Positions 9,683 to 19,475 of a stretch of 64,000 bases of DNA are shown here, piece by piece. Each line of letters starts with the position of its first letter. Positions within the stretch are counted from its first letter, which is position 1. Source of the stretch: Polyangiales bacterium (GTDB lineage: Bacteria; Myxococcota_A; Polyangia; Polyangiales; JADJQN01); contig CAXNJO010000011.1 of NCBI GenBank assembly GCA_964202905.1, positions 96,001 through 160,000 on the forward strand. Direction: 5' to 3'. Under the pieces are notes generated by a model that was given only the letters and a program-made list of their open reading frames with translations, made no database searches and was not told the DNA's origin. Both the position numbers and the translations under genes were made by a program.

Positions 9683-11323
9683 TCAGTCGAAGGGGTTGTC
9701 GGTCGAGAAGCCTGCGCCGCGCTTCGTCGGCCGCGGGGCGGGGCGTGCGGCCGGCGACGCAGGACGTGCGGCGGAAGCGGCTGGGCGCGTCGCGACGGGG
9801 GCTCCGGTGCCGGCCGCCGGGCGCAGTGTGAGGTTCACTTCGCGGTCGCGACTGAGCTCTACGGGCTGCGTCGCCGGTTGGTAGCCGACGAGCGAGGCCT
9901 CGAGGCGGTGTGCCCCGGCGCCGCGGCTGAGGCGGACATCGTACGGCGTGCGGATGCGGACGCCGTCGAACGTGACGGTCGCGTTGGGAGGCGTCACGCG
10001 GACCTGTAGCCGCACCGTCTCGGGTTGCGCGGGCGCAGGCGGCACAGGGCGCGCCGCGGCCGAAGCGGCGGTCGCAGCGCGTGAGCTCGCTGCAGGGCGG
10101 GCCGGACCGGCGGGCGAGGGCGCCGCAGCGCGGGCGTTCGCGGGCGCGGGAAGCGCGCGGGTGGGCGGGGGCACCGGCGCGCTCGGCTGCGGCGGCGTGG
10201 GCGCGTCCGGATGGACCTCAGCGACCTCGGCCGCCAGTTCGGGGGCAGGCGTGCCCACGGGTGCCTCTGGAGCGGGCGCAGGCGGCTCGGGCGTGGCCGC
10301 CGGCTCGGGTGCGGCGGCTTCCGGCGCAGCCGCAGGCTCGGGCGCGGTGGGTTGTGTCAGCGCGTCCGCCGCGGACGGCAGAGGGGGCGCCTCAGCGGTC
10401 ATCGGGGCCGCCGTGGCGGCGGCCGTCGCTGCCCCCGGGGTCGATTTGCCCGAGAACATCACCGAACCGCCCGCGATCGCGAGCAGCGCAGCCACCGCGC
10501 CCGCGGCCCAGACGAGCGGATTGCGGGAGGGGCTCGAGACCGGGAGCGCCATCATCGGGCCCGTCGTGTCGGGGTCGGCGACGGGGCGCGCCGCGGAGGT
10601 TGGCGCGGCCGCGGCGGGCTTGGTCGTCGCGGGCTTCGTCGGCTCGGCCTTCGCAGGCTCGGCCTTCGCGAGCTCGGCCTTCGCAAGCGTCGACTTGCTC
10701 TCCGCTTGTGCGGACCGCGGCGCTTGTGACTTCTTTCCCTGCGACTTCTTGCCTCCGCCTTGCGTCGACTTGCCGGCGGCCTGCGTGGGCCGCGCAGCCT
10801 GCGCTGGGGAAGCGGCCGACGCGCCGGCGGACGCGGCGCCTGCCGCATTCGATGCGCCTTCGGATGTGGAGGTGGTGGCGCCCGGAGCGGCGTTCGGGGG
10901 TGCGGCGTTCGCGGATTCGGGGGCGGTCGTGGCGCTCGGCGCGGCATCGACCGTCGCGGGTTCGTCCGACGTGGGCGGCGCTGCGAGCGAGGGCGCGGAC
11001 GCCGCCTCCGGTGCCGCGACCGCGGCCTCCGCCGGTTCGCGGGTGACCGTCGACCAGTCCTCCGCGGCGATCGAGAAGCCCGGTGTCGCCGGCGCCAGCG
11101 CCGCGGCGGCGTCGCCGGCCTCGTCGTCGACTTCCCACGCCGCACGGAACCGCGACGCGTGGAGTTCGGCGTCGTTGAAAGAGATCCGGCCGGCGCCCCA
11201 GGCTCCCCCAGGGTCTGCAGGAGCCGCTGCGCCCGAGGCGGCGGCTGGCGGCGTCCCGCTGGCGGATTCCCCGGTGTTGGCGGGCGTTTGCGGCTCGGGG
11301 GCGGACTCAGGTGCAGTCGTCAT
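9683..11323 (-). CDS. membrane-anchored low-complexity (Ala/Pro) protein with C-terminal PEGA domain
   Basis: GGAGA RBS before ATG 11323; TM segment LVWAAGAVAALLAIAGG; PEGA VRVTPPNATVTFDG...LVGY; C-terminal STDNPFD. Confidence 0.7.
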   Translation of the reverse strand: MTTAPESAPEPQTPANTGESASGTPPAAASGAAAPADPGGAWGAGRISFNDAELHASRFRAAWEVDDEAGDAAAALAPATPGFSIAAEDWSTVTREPAEAAVAAPEAASAPSLAAPPTSDEPATVDAAPSATTAPESANAAPPNAAPGATTSTSEGASNAAGAASAGASAASPAQAARPTQAAGKSTQGGGKKSQGKKSQAPRSAQAESKSTLAKAELAKAEPAKAEPTKPATTKPAAAAPTSAARPVADPDTTGPMMALPVSSPSRNPLVWAAGAVAALLAIAGGSVMFSGKSTPGAATAAATAAPMTAEAPPLPSAADALTQPTAPEPAAAPEAAAPEPAATPEPPAPAPEAPVGTPAPELAAEVAEVHPDAPTPPQPSAPVPPPTRALPAPANARAAAPSPAGPARPAASSRAATAASAAARPVPPAPAQPETVRLQVRVTPPNATVTFDGVRIRTPYDVRLSRGAGAHRLEASLVGYQPATQPVELSRDREVNLTLRPAAGTGAPVATRPAASAARPASPAARPAPRPTKRGAGFSTDNPFD

Positions 11324-11444
11324 CGTCTCTCCAGATCCCCCGGCGAGGGAGCGCGCGGCAGGTCGGGAACGTATCACCGACGGCGCTACCCGGCCCGTCT
11401 CGGGTGACATGCCGCGCTGCCGCGCCTCGGACACGGCGGACGCC

Positions 11445-11906
11445 TCAGGTCTTGGACGGTACGAGCTCCGTGAGCCGGTCGTCCCACTCGTCGGCTACGG
11501 AGGCGATCGTGTGCAGCAGGTCCTCGAACTCTTCGTAGTCGAGCCCGCTGAGGCGACGGAGCGCGCGCAGGTACACGGCGTCGCGGTCCTTGTCGATCGC
11601 GAAGGCTCCGTCGCTCGTGACGAGGAAGTTCAGCTCGAGCAACTTGCGGTAGAAGGCCTCGCGTCCCTCGCGAGGGACCTCCATGATGCGCGACAAGAAG
11701 AGGAGGATCCCATGATCTTCGAGGACATTGATGCCGACGGTCGCCGAGCCGCGGCGGACGTCGGTGTATCCGTCCTCGTCGAGCGGATCGAGCTCGACGC
11801 CCACGGCAGCGCCGAAGCGCTGGAGGTAGGCGTTCACCATCTCGGCGGCCGTGCGGTACGTCGTGCCGCTCTGGCGGTCCTCGTAGGTCGGCGGCTGTGC
11901 GCTCAC
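11445..11906 (-). CDS. CesT/YbjN-like (type III chaperone fold) protein
   Basis: Small acidic protein: LDEDGY..., FYRKLLELNF...GAFAID...YLRALRRLSGLDYEEFEDLL; GAGGGAG RBS before GTG 11906. Confidence 0.75.
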   Translation of the reverse strand: MSAQPPTYEDRQSGTTYRTAAEMVNAYLQRFGAAVGVELDPLDEDGYTDVRRGSATVGINVLEDHGILLFLSRIMEVPREGREAFYRKLLELNFLVTSDGAFAIDKDRDAVYLRALRRLSGLDYEEFEDLLHTIASVADEWDDRLTELVPSKT

Positions 11907-11978
11907 GTCGGCTCCCTCTTCGCCGCGCATCCTAGGCGGGGCCCGCGCGGCGCGTCAACGCACGTCGCCTGCGCGCGC

Positions 11979-13732
11979 TTGCCCGTCGCGTCCGCGCTCG
12001 CCGCCGTGCTCGTCGGCGCACTCGCGGCGTGCGCGGGGGCACGCGCGCCGGGTCCGACGCCGGGCCCCGTCGCGCGGCGGTCCCGGTGGCCCCGGCCGAA
12101 CTCGACGAAGCGGGGGCGTACGCGCTCGCGCCTGACGCGCTGCGCGCCGCCTACCACGAGACGGCGGCGCGGGCGGCGCGGGCCGAGGCGACCGCGGCGG
12201 GCGTCGTGGCGTCGCGGCAGGCAGCCCGGCTGGCACGGGTGCTCTCGCGGCGGGAAGACGCACCCGAGCGCCTCGCGGCGGCGCGCGGTCACCTGCGCGA
12301 AGCGTCGCGCCGGCGGGGGCTCGCCGGATCGTGCGAGGCGGCGCTCGAGCTCGCGCGGCTCGAGGCGGTCGAGGCCGGTGACGCCGGCGCGGCCTGGCTC
12401 GTCGCGCATCGCACGGTCGGGCGCTTCGGCGCCGACGCGGCACGCGCGCGGTGCGTGGCGGAGGCGCGTCGAACGCTCGTGTCGCTTGCGGCGTTCGAGC
12501 CGGATCCCGCGGTGCTCCGCGCCGCAGAAGCCGCGCCGGACGACGAGGACGCCCCCGCCGCCGACGCGCTGTCGGTCGTCCTGTCGGCGCCGGAGGACCC
12601 CATCGCGGCATGGATCGCCGAGCAGGCCGACGAGGCGGCCGCTGGACCGCCGCCGCGCCTCGAGCGCATCGAGGTGCTCGGCGCTGCGCCCGGCGGGCAG
12701 GCGGGCCAGTCCCCGAGCGCGCGCGTGGCGCTCTACTTCGACCGCGTGGCGATCTTCACCCGCAGCACCCTGCCCGCGGACGGGACGCTCCCGGCGCGGA
12801 TCGTCCTCGATTTTCGCGGGGCCATCCCGACGGACACCGTCGCCGCGGCGAGCCCGGTCGGAGCAGGCGGCGTGGCACGGGTCCGCACGGCGCGGACCGA
12901 TCCGTCCACGCTGCGGGTCACCTTCGAGCTCGACGGCGAGCCGCGCCATCGGCTGTTCTTCCTCGCGGATCCGTTTCGCGTGGTGCTCGACTTCGACGCG
13001 CAGCCTCCGCCGTCGATCATCGCCGCGACCGCCGACCCGGCCTCCGCCGGCCCGCATCCGCTCGCCCTCCTGATGCTCGACCCCGGTCACGGCGGCGACG
13101 ACCACGGGGCCCGCAGCGAGCGCGGACTGCGCGAGTCGCACGTCGTCCTCGAACTCGCGCAGCGCGTGAAGGCCCTGCTCGCGCAGCGGCTCCCGGAGAC
13201 GCGCGTGCTGCTCACCCGCGATCGCGACGTGTTCGTCTCTCTCGAGCAGCGCGCCGCGATGGCGAACGTCGTCGGCGCGGACGCGTTCGTCTCCATTCAC
13301 CTCAACGCGAGCCCCACGCAGGCCGACCGCGGCGGCGTCGGGGCGTTCGTCCTCGACACCACGGCCGACCGCGCGTCCCTCAGCCTCGCGGCCCGCGAGA
13401 ACGGCACGAGCGAGGGCGAGGTCACCGGCCTGCAGCGCATCCTCGCGTCGCTCTACCGTGCGGATCAGGCCCGCGGCTCGCGCGCGCTCGCCGAGCGCGT
13501 CCACGACTCGACGCTCGCGTCCGGGCGGCGCGCGTACCCGGCCCTCCACGACCGCGGCACGCAGAGCGCGATGTTCTACGTGCTCGTCGGCGCCCGGATG
13601 CCGGCCGTGCTGCTCGAGGCGTCGTTCATCTTGCGTGCGCCGGAGGCGCCGCTCCTCGCCGACGACGCATACAAGGCGGCGCTCGCCGAGGGCATCGCCG
13701 CCGGGATCGTGCGCTACGCACGCGGCCGATGA
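11979..13732 (+). CDS. N-acetylmuramoyl-L-alanine amidase (Amidase_3) with AMIN-like domain; signal peptide out of frame
   Basis: DPGHGG, LTRDRDVFVSLEQR, FVSIHLN, FYVLVGARMPAVLLEASF; AMIN-like PARIVLDF/DPFRVVLDF. Long ORF is 12029-13732; a lipobox (TTG 11979, ...GALAAC) lies in an adjacent frame. Confidence 0.88.
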
Positions 13733-13757
13733 GCCGGGCGCGTCGCGCCGCCGCGCA

Positions 13758-13785
13758 TTGCAAGCCCGGCGCCCGACCGCATACT
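13758..13785 (+). promoter_or_regulatory. putative sigma70-type promoter of glnD (TTGCAA-N16-CATACT)
   Basis: Hexamers read directly; -10 ends 11 nt before ATG 13797. Confidence 0.4.
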
Positions 13786-13796
13786 CGCCCTCCGAG

Positions 13797-16553
13797 ATGG
13801 CCGAAGCCGCCGCGCGGAACATCGACTTGGGCCAGCTTGCTCCCGGGCTCGCGGCCGTCTGCGACGAGTATCTCGTGCGATATCGGGGTCGCCTCGAAGA
13901 GGCAGCCCGCGCGGGGGAGGGCGGCGTCACCGTCGCGCGGCAGCTCGCGCGCTCCCTCGACGGGCTGCTCGGGGCGCTCTACTGCGCGGCCGACGCCGCC
14001 GCGCGCGCCGGGCGCCGTGGTCCGGCGGGCCGCGTCGCGCTCGCCGCCGTGGGGGGCTGGGGGCGTGGCGTCGTCGGGCTGCGCTCAGACCTCGACGTGC
14101 TCTTTCTGTGCGACGACCCGCGCGACCCGCACGTCGCCGCCCTCGCCGAGGGCGTGCTGTATCCACTCTGGGATCTCGGCGTCTCGATCGGTCATGCGGT
14201 CCGCGGCGTCGAGGAGACGGTCGAACTCGCGCGCACCGACCTGCGCACGGCGACGACGCTCCTCGACGCGCGCGCCGTCGCGGGCGCACGAGGGCTCGTC
14301 GACGCCTTGCAGAAGGCGGGGCGACGCGCGCTCTTCGACCCGGCCATCGAGCCCTTTCTCGATGCGCTCGAGGGCGACACGCAGGCGCGCCACGAGCGCT
14401 TCGGCGGTTCGCTCTACCTGCTCGAACCCGAGGTGAAGCTCGGCCGCGGGGGGCTGCGCGATCTCGACGTCGCGCGCTGGGCGGCGCGCGCGCGCTGGGG
14501 GGCGGCGTCCCCGGATGAGCTCGTGCGTCTCGGCGCGATCCAGGCCCGCGAGCAGCGCGCGCTCGAGCTCGCCGAGGAGTTCCTCTGGCGCGTCCGCAAC
14601 CTGCTTCACACCCGCGCGAGGCGCCGCCAGGACCGCCTCACGTTCGAGGACCAACTGGAGATCGCGCCGGCGCTCGGCTTCGTCGATGCCGTCACGCCGG
14701 GCGTCGAGCAGTTCATGCAGGCGTATTACCGGCACGCCCGTGTCGTCGCGCAGACGGCCGAGCGCATGCTCGCGCGCGCGCGCCCCGAGAAGCGCCGCGA
14801 CGCGCGGGAGCCCGCCATCGACGCGGGCGGCGGAGTCTTGCTCTGGGGCGGGCACGTCACCCTCGCCGACAGCGAGCAACTCGCGGTCGATCCGTGCCTC
14901 GCGCTCCGCCTCTACACGGAGGTCGCCCGGCGTGAACTGCCCCCGTACCCCTTCGCGCGTGACGCCATCGCGCGCGTCGCGAGCGACGCCGACTGGCGCC
15001 GGAGGCTCCGCGAGTCCGAGCGCGCCCCCGAACTCTTCCTGCGCCTCCTCGCGCACGTCGGGGATGCCCCGGTTCGTCGCGGCTCCCTGCTCGGCGAACT
15101 GCACGAGGTGGGGCTGCTCCTCGCGATGATCCCGGAGTTCGAGCCGGTCACGGGGCGCGTGCAGCAGGACCTCTACCATGTGTACACGGTCGATGTGCAT
15201 TCGGTCGCGGCCGTCGACCGGCTGCGCGCGCTCACGCGCGGCGACCTCGCCCACGAGCTGCCGCTCGCGTGCCGCGCCGCCGCAGAGATGCCGCGTCCGG
15301 CGCCGCTCTTCCTCGCGGTCCTCCTCCACGACATCGGCAAGGGCCACGGCAAGGATCACAGCAAGCGGGGCGCGCAGCTCGCGCGCACGATCGCGCCGCG
15401 GCTCGGCCTGCCGCCGCTCGACGTCGACCACGTCGTGTGGCTCGTGCAGGAGCACCTCTCCCTCTACCACTGGGCGATGCGTCGCGACACGAGCGATCCC
15501 CAGACGATCGCCGAGGTCGGGCGGCTCGTCGGCTCGCTCGATCGGCTGCGCGATCTCTACCTGCTCACGGTCGCCGACCTCTCCACGACCAACCCGCAGG
15601 CGATGACCTCGTGGAAGGCGCGCATGCTCGACGACCTCTACGTCGCCGTCGCGCAGGCGCTCGCGGGGGGCGTGACGGCGACGTCGTACGAGCGCGCCGA
15701 CGAGGTGCGCGCCGATCTCCGCGTGCGGTTGCTCGGCGCCGCCGGGCCGGACGCGCGGCGCGTGACCCCGGCGGAGCGCGCCGCGTACGAGCACTTCGTC
15801 GACGAGATGCCCGCGCGCTACGTCCTCGCGAACCCCGCGGAGGCGGTCCTCGTCCACGCCCGCATCGCCGTCGAGCGTGGCGCGCGCGCGGTGCACGTCG
15901 CCGTGCGTCCTGGCGGACCCGACGCGCTCGCGGAGCTCGTCGTCGTCACCGACGATCGACCTGGGTTGCTCGCCGATCTCACCGCCGCGCTCACCGCGAA
16001 CCGCCTCGCGGTGAGCAGCGCGCAGATCTACACGCGCTCGCGGCAGGGGCGCCCCGACGAGGCCGTCGATCTCTTCCACGTGCGTCGCGTCGCCCGCGGC
16101 GCCGACCCGATGGACCTCGGCTGGCTCCCGAAGCTCGCGCGCGACGTCGCGGCGATCTTGGCCGGCGAGGTGAGCGCCGAGGCGCTGCTCGCCGCGCGCC
16201 CTCGGCCCCCGGCGTGGGCGCGCCGCAAGGGGCCGGAGTTGCCCACGGAGGTGCGCGTCGACAACGGCGTCGACCAGCGCTTCACGGTGGTGGACGTCTT
16301 CACCCGCGACCGCGTGGGCCTGCTCCACGCGATCGCGCGTGCGCTGCACGAGCAGGGGCTGACCATCGTGCTCTCGAAGGTCAACACCGAGGGCTTGCGC
16401 GTCGCGGACGTCTTCTACGTCGAGGAGAGGGGGGGCGGTAAAGTGAAAAATGCCAGCAAAATCGAGGTTTTGCCGCTGATCCTGCGCGAGACGATCGCGC
16501 GCCTCGACGCCGAAGCGGAGCGCACCGGGCGCAGCGGCGGGGAGTCGACGTGA
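13797..16553 (+). CDS. glnD: [protein-PII] uridylyltransferase / uridylyl-removing enzyme
   Basis: AVGGWGRG..SDLDV (NTase), LEPEVKLGRGGLRD, YHVYTVDVH...LLHDIGK (HD), two ACT domains (DRPGLL, DRVGLL...DVFYV). Confidence 0.95.
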   Translation: MAEAAARNIDLGQLAPGLAAVCDEYLVRYRGRLEEAARAGEGGVTVARQLARSLDGLLGALYCAADAAARAGRRGPAGRVALAAVGGWGRGVVGLRSDLDVLFLCDDPRDPHVAALAEGVLYPLWDLGVSIGHAVRGVEETVELARTDLRTATTLLDARAVAGARGLVDALQKAGRRALFDPAIEPFLDALEGDTQARHERFGGSLYLLEPEVKLGRGGLRDLDVARWAARARWGAASPDELVRLGAIQAREQRALELAEEFLWRVRNLLHTRARRRQDRLTFEDQLEIAPALGFVDAVTPGVEQFMQAYYRHARVVAQTAERMLARARPEKRRDAREPAIDAGGGVLLWGGHVTLADSEQLAVDPCLALRLYTEVARRELPPYPFARDAIARVASDADWRRRLRESERAPELFLRLLAHVGDAPVRRGSLLGELHEVGLLLAMIPEFEPVTGRVQQDLYHVYTVDVHSVAAVDRLRALTRGDLAHELPLACRAAAEMPRPAPLFLAVLLHDIGKGHGKDHSKRGAQLARTIAPRLGLPPLDVDHVVWLVQEHLSLYHWAMRRDTSDPQTIAEVGRLVGSLDRLRDLYLLTVADLSTTNPQAMTSWKARMLDDLYVAVAQALAGGVTATSYERADEVRADLRVRLLGAAGPDARRVTPAERAAYEHFVDEMPARYVLANPAEAVLVHARIAVERGARAVHVAVRPGGPDALAELVVVTDDRPGLLADLTAALTANRLAVSSAQIYTRSRQGRPDEAVDLFHVRRVARGADPMDLGWLPKLARDVAAILAGEVSAEALLAARPRPPAWARRKGPELPTEVRVDNGVDQRFTVVDVFTRDRVGLLHAIARALHEQGLTIVLSKVNTEGLRVADVFYVEERGGGKVKNASKIEVLPLILRETIARLDAEAERTGRSGGEST

Positions 16554-17635
16554 GACGCGCCGTGCTGCGCGCCACGAGGTGGTCGCTCGCGTGCGCGGCC
16601 CTCGTCGGCTGTCCTGCGCCGGCCTCGCCCACGGGCGCGAACGCGGGCGAGGGCGGCGAAGCCGTCGAGTTCGAAGACGAGGCCGCCGCGCGCGGTGCCG
16701 AAGCCGCGCATCCGGCGAGTCCGGCCGTTCAGCGCGGTGAGGCGCTCCTCGCGCGCGGGGACGCCGCGGGGGCCGAGGCGCTCTTCCGCGAGGCGCTGAC
16801 GGCCGCGCCCGGCGACGCGCGTGCGCTGCTCGACCTCGGCCTCGCGCGCGAGCTGCAGGAGGACCCGGCGGGCGCCGCGCGCGCCTACCGCAAGGCGATC
16901 GCGGCCGATCCGCGGTTCGCCGAGGCGCACAACAACCTCGGCGCGCTGCTCCGCGAGGAGGGCGATCTGCCCGGCGCGGTCACGTCCCTGCGTGAGGCCG
17001 TGCGGCTCCGCGCGGGCAGCGCGTCGGCGCACGCGAACCTCGCGCTCGCGCTCGAGGAATCCGACGCGCTCGCGGAGGCTGAGGGCGCTTACCGCGCGGC
17101 GGCGCGCCTCGCGCCTCGCGACCCGATGGCGCGCGTCAATCTCGGCCTGCTCCTGCTCCGCCTCGAGCGTGCGGACGACGCGGCTCGGACGCTGCGCGAG
17201 GCCCTTCCGCTCGCGGAGGGGAACCGCGCCGCGCTCGCGGGCATCGGCAGCGGCCTGCGTCGTGCGGGCGAGCCGGAGGCCGCGGCGCGTGCGCTGACGG
17301 CCGCGGTCGATGCCGACACGGCCCCACCCGCGTCGGGCCTGCTCTGCGAGCTCGCGCTCGCGCAGCGCGGGGCGGGAGACCGTCCCGGCGCCGAGGCCAC
17401 GCTCGGCCGTGTGCTCGCGGCCGACGAGCGCTACGCGACGGCGCACTACCTCCTCGCCAACATGCTCGCCGGCCGCGGTGTGCTCGCCGAGGCCGTCCAG
17501 CGGTTCGAGCGCTATCTCGTCCTCGAGCCAAGCGGCCCGCACGCTGCTGAGGCCCGCGAGCGCCTCACGCGCGCGAGGGAGTCGCTGCGGACGCCGGCTG
17601 CCCGACCGGCGCGCGGATCGGCGTCCCCGCGCTAG
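16550..17635 (+). CDS. TPR-repeat lipoprotein
   Basis: Lipobox ALVGC; several TPRs (AEAHNNLG, ARVNLG, AHYLLA); GTGA overlap with glnD stop. Confidence 0.85.
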   Translation: MRRAVLRATRWSLACAALVGCPAPASPTGANAGEGGEAVEFEDEAAARGAEAAHPASPAVQRGEALLARGDAAGAEALFREALTAAPGDARALLDLGLARELQEDPAGAARAYRKAIAADPRFAEAHNNLGALLREEGDLPGAVTSLREAVRLRAGSASAHANLALALEESDALAEAEGAYRAAARLAPRDPMARVNLGLLLLRLERADDAARTLREALPLAEGNRAALAGIGSGLRRAGEPEAAARALTAAVDADTAPPASGLLCELALAQRGAGDRPGAEATLGRVLAADERYATAHYLLANMLAGRGVLAEAVQRFERYLVLEPSGPHAAEARERLTRARESLRTPAARPARGSASPR

Positions 17636-17684
17636 CGCCGCGTGGTCGGCGCTGGCCGTGGCCGTCCACAGCGCGCCGGAGCGC

Positions 17685-18671
17685 TCAGGTGGCGGGCGCT
17701 GCGGGCGGAGCGACGGCCTTGCGCCCGAGCCCGACGAGGAAGACCTCGTAGCTCTCCTGTCGCGAGGCTTCCGGCTTGAGGATGCGCACCGTGTCGAACA
17801 GCGCTCGGAGCGCGCGCCGCGCGTCCTCGAACTCGGGCCCCTGGAAGATCTTCCCGACGAAGGAACCCCCGGGTGTGAGGGTCACTTCGGCGATCGCCAC
17901 CGCTGCCATGAAGAGCCGGTAACTGTTGTACTGATCGGCCGCACGTGAGCCGATCGTCGAGGGCGCCATGTCCGTGAGTACGACGTCGAAGCGACCCAGG
18001 GAGCTCGGCTCGACGGTGAAGATGTCCGCCTGACGCAGCTCGGCGTTGGGGGCGACGCCGCCGCGGGGCTCTTGGATGTCGATGCCGAGGACGCGGCCAC
18101 GGGGCGCGACTTTCTTCGCGGCGTACATCGTCCACGAGCCGGGGAAGGAGCCGAGGTCCAAGACGCGCAACCCGGGGCGCAGCAAGCGGACGCGGCGGTC
18201 GATCTCCTCGAGCTTGTAGACGGAGCGGGCCGGGTAGCCCTCCTTCTTCGCCCGCGCGCCGAAGTGATCGTTGGGGCGCGATGTCCGAGGGCCGCCCGCG
18301 GTCGACGATTTCCCACGAGACTCGGCAGTGCGGGGGGCAGGGCGAGCGGCCCGCGGCGTCTCCCTCGACCCATCCGCGCCGGAGGTCGCCGCCGTGGCGC
18401 GGGGATCGGGTGCAGACGACGACCTGGCAGGCCCGCTGGACCCGGCCTGCGCGGGTCGCGCGACGGGTTGGGCAAGGCTCGGTCTGGTGGCGGCGGGTCT
18501 GGTGGCGGCGGGTCTGGTGGCGGCGGGTCTGGTGGCGGCGGGTCTGGTGGGGGTCGGTCGGGCGACGGAACGGGAAGAGCCGGCTTGGCTCGCTGCGCGT
18601 TGCGCTGCGGCCGGCCGGCCCTTCGAGGTACCGCGCGCCCCCCGTGAATCGGTGCGGCGCCGGGTCGTCAT
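17685..18671 (-). CDS. rlmE: 23S rRNA Um2552 methyltransferase (FtsJ/RrmJ) with long low-complexity N-terminal extension
   Basis: ARSVYKLEEID, DLGSFPGSW, TDMAP, VGKIFQG, KPEASRQESYEVF (K-D-K-E tetrad); start uncertain. Confidence 0.9.
   Translation of the reverse strand: MTTRRRTDSRGARGTSKGRPAAAQRAASQAGSSRSVARPTPTRPAATRPAATRPAATRPAATRPSLAQPVARPAQAGSSGPARSSSAPDPRATAATSGADGSRETPRAARPAPRTAESRGKSSTAGGPRTSRPNDHFGARAKKEGYPARSVYKLEEIDRRVRLLRPGLRVLDLGSFPGSWTMYAAKKVAPRGRVLGIDIQEPRGGVAPNAELRQADIFTVEPSSLGRFDVVLTDMAPSTIGSRAADQYNSYRLFMAAVAIAEVTLTPGGSFVGKIFQGPEFEDARRALRALFDTVRILKPEASRQESYEVFLVGLGRKAVAPPAAPAT
18481..18550. repeat. perfect 15-bp tandem repeat (GGTCTGGTGGCGGCG x4.7), encoding RPAAT repeats in the rlmE extension
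   Basis: Read directly from sequence. Confidence 0.95.
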
Positions 18672-18676
18672 CGTGC

Positions 18677-19342
18677 TCAGGCCTGTGCGGCCTGCCGCTG
18701 CTTGATCGCGCCGCGCACGGTGACGACGCCGTTCTTCGCGCCGGGGACCGCGCCCTCGATGAGGACGATCTGTTCGGCGTCCATCACGCGGGCCACCTTG
18801 AGATTCAGGATGGTGACGCGCTCGTCCCCGTACTGACCGGGCATCTTGAGGTTCGGCAGCGTGCGACCCGGGGTCATGTTCGTGCCGATGGAGCCGCCGT
18901 GGCGGCGATACTCGTGCGTGCCGTGCGTGGCGGGGAAGCCCGAGAAGTTCCAGCGGCGCATGACGCCGGTGAAACCGCGGCCGCGCGACTTGCCGCAGAC
19001 GTCGACCTTCTGGCCGACCGTGAAGATTTCGGATGGCTTCAGGACTTGGCCGACCTCGAAGCGCGCCGCGAGCTCGGGGGAGACGCGGAACTCTTTGACG
19101 GTGCGGGTGGCCGCGACGCCGAGCTTCTTGAAGAAGCCCGCCTGTGGCTTGGCGACGAGCTTCTCGCGCTTCGCGCCGAAGCCGAGCACGAGGGCGGTGT
19201 AGCCGTCCTTGTCCTCCGTGCGCTTGCCGAGCACGATGCACGGACCGACCTGAATGGCCGTGACGCGCGTGACGCTGCCGTCCTCGTTGAAGATTTGGGT
19301 GTTGCCGAGCTTCTTGCCGACGAGGCCGAGATTGATGTTCAT
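18677..19342 (-). CDS. rplC: 50S ribosomal protein L3 (uL3)
   Basis: GLVGKKLGNTQIF, DGYTAL, GRGFTGVMRRWNF, THGTHE..RHGGSIG, KMPGQYG, IEGAVPG. Confidence 0.97.
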   Translation of the reverse strand: MNINLGLVGKKLGNTQIFNEDGSVTRVTAIQVGPCIVLGKRTEDKDGYTALVLGFGAKREKLVAKPQAGFFKKLGVAATRTVKEFRVSPELAARFEVGQVLKPSEIFTVGQKVDVCGKSRGRGFTGVMRRWNFSGFPATHGTHEYRRHGGSIGTNMTPGRTLPNLKMPGQYGDERVTILNLKVARVMDAEQIVLIEGAVPGAKNGVVTVRGAIKQRQAAQA

Positions 19343-19368
19343 GGCGCGCCTGTACGTAGGGAGGCGGA

Positions 19369-19396
19369 AGGGTACGGGGAAACCTCCGGGTGTCAA
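19369..19396 (-). promoter_or_regulatory. putative sigma70 promoter of rplC-rlmE (TTGACA-N16-TACCCT)
   Basis: Perfect -35 hexamer in the tatD-rplC intergenic gap. Confidence 0.6.
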
Positions 19397-19475
19397 GGCC
19401 GGGAGGCCCCTCGCGCGCCATCGACCGCCTCCCAGGCGCGTCGATGTGGCAGCGGCTGCCGCGCCTGAATGCCGC

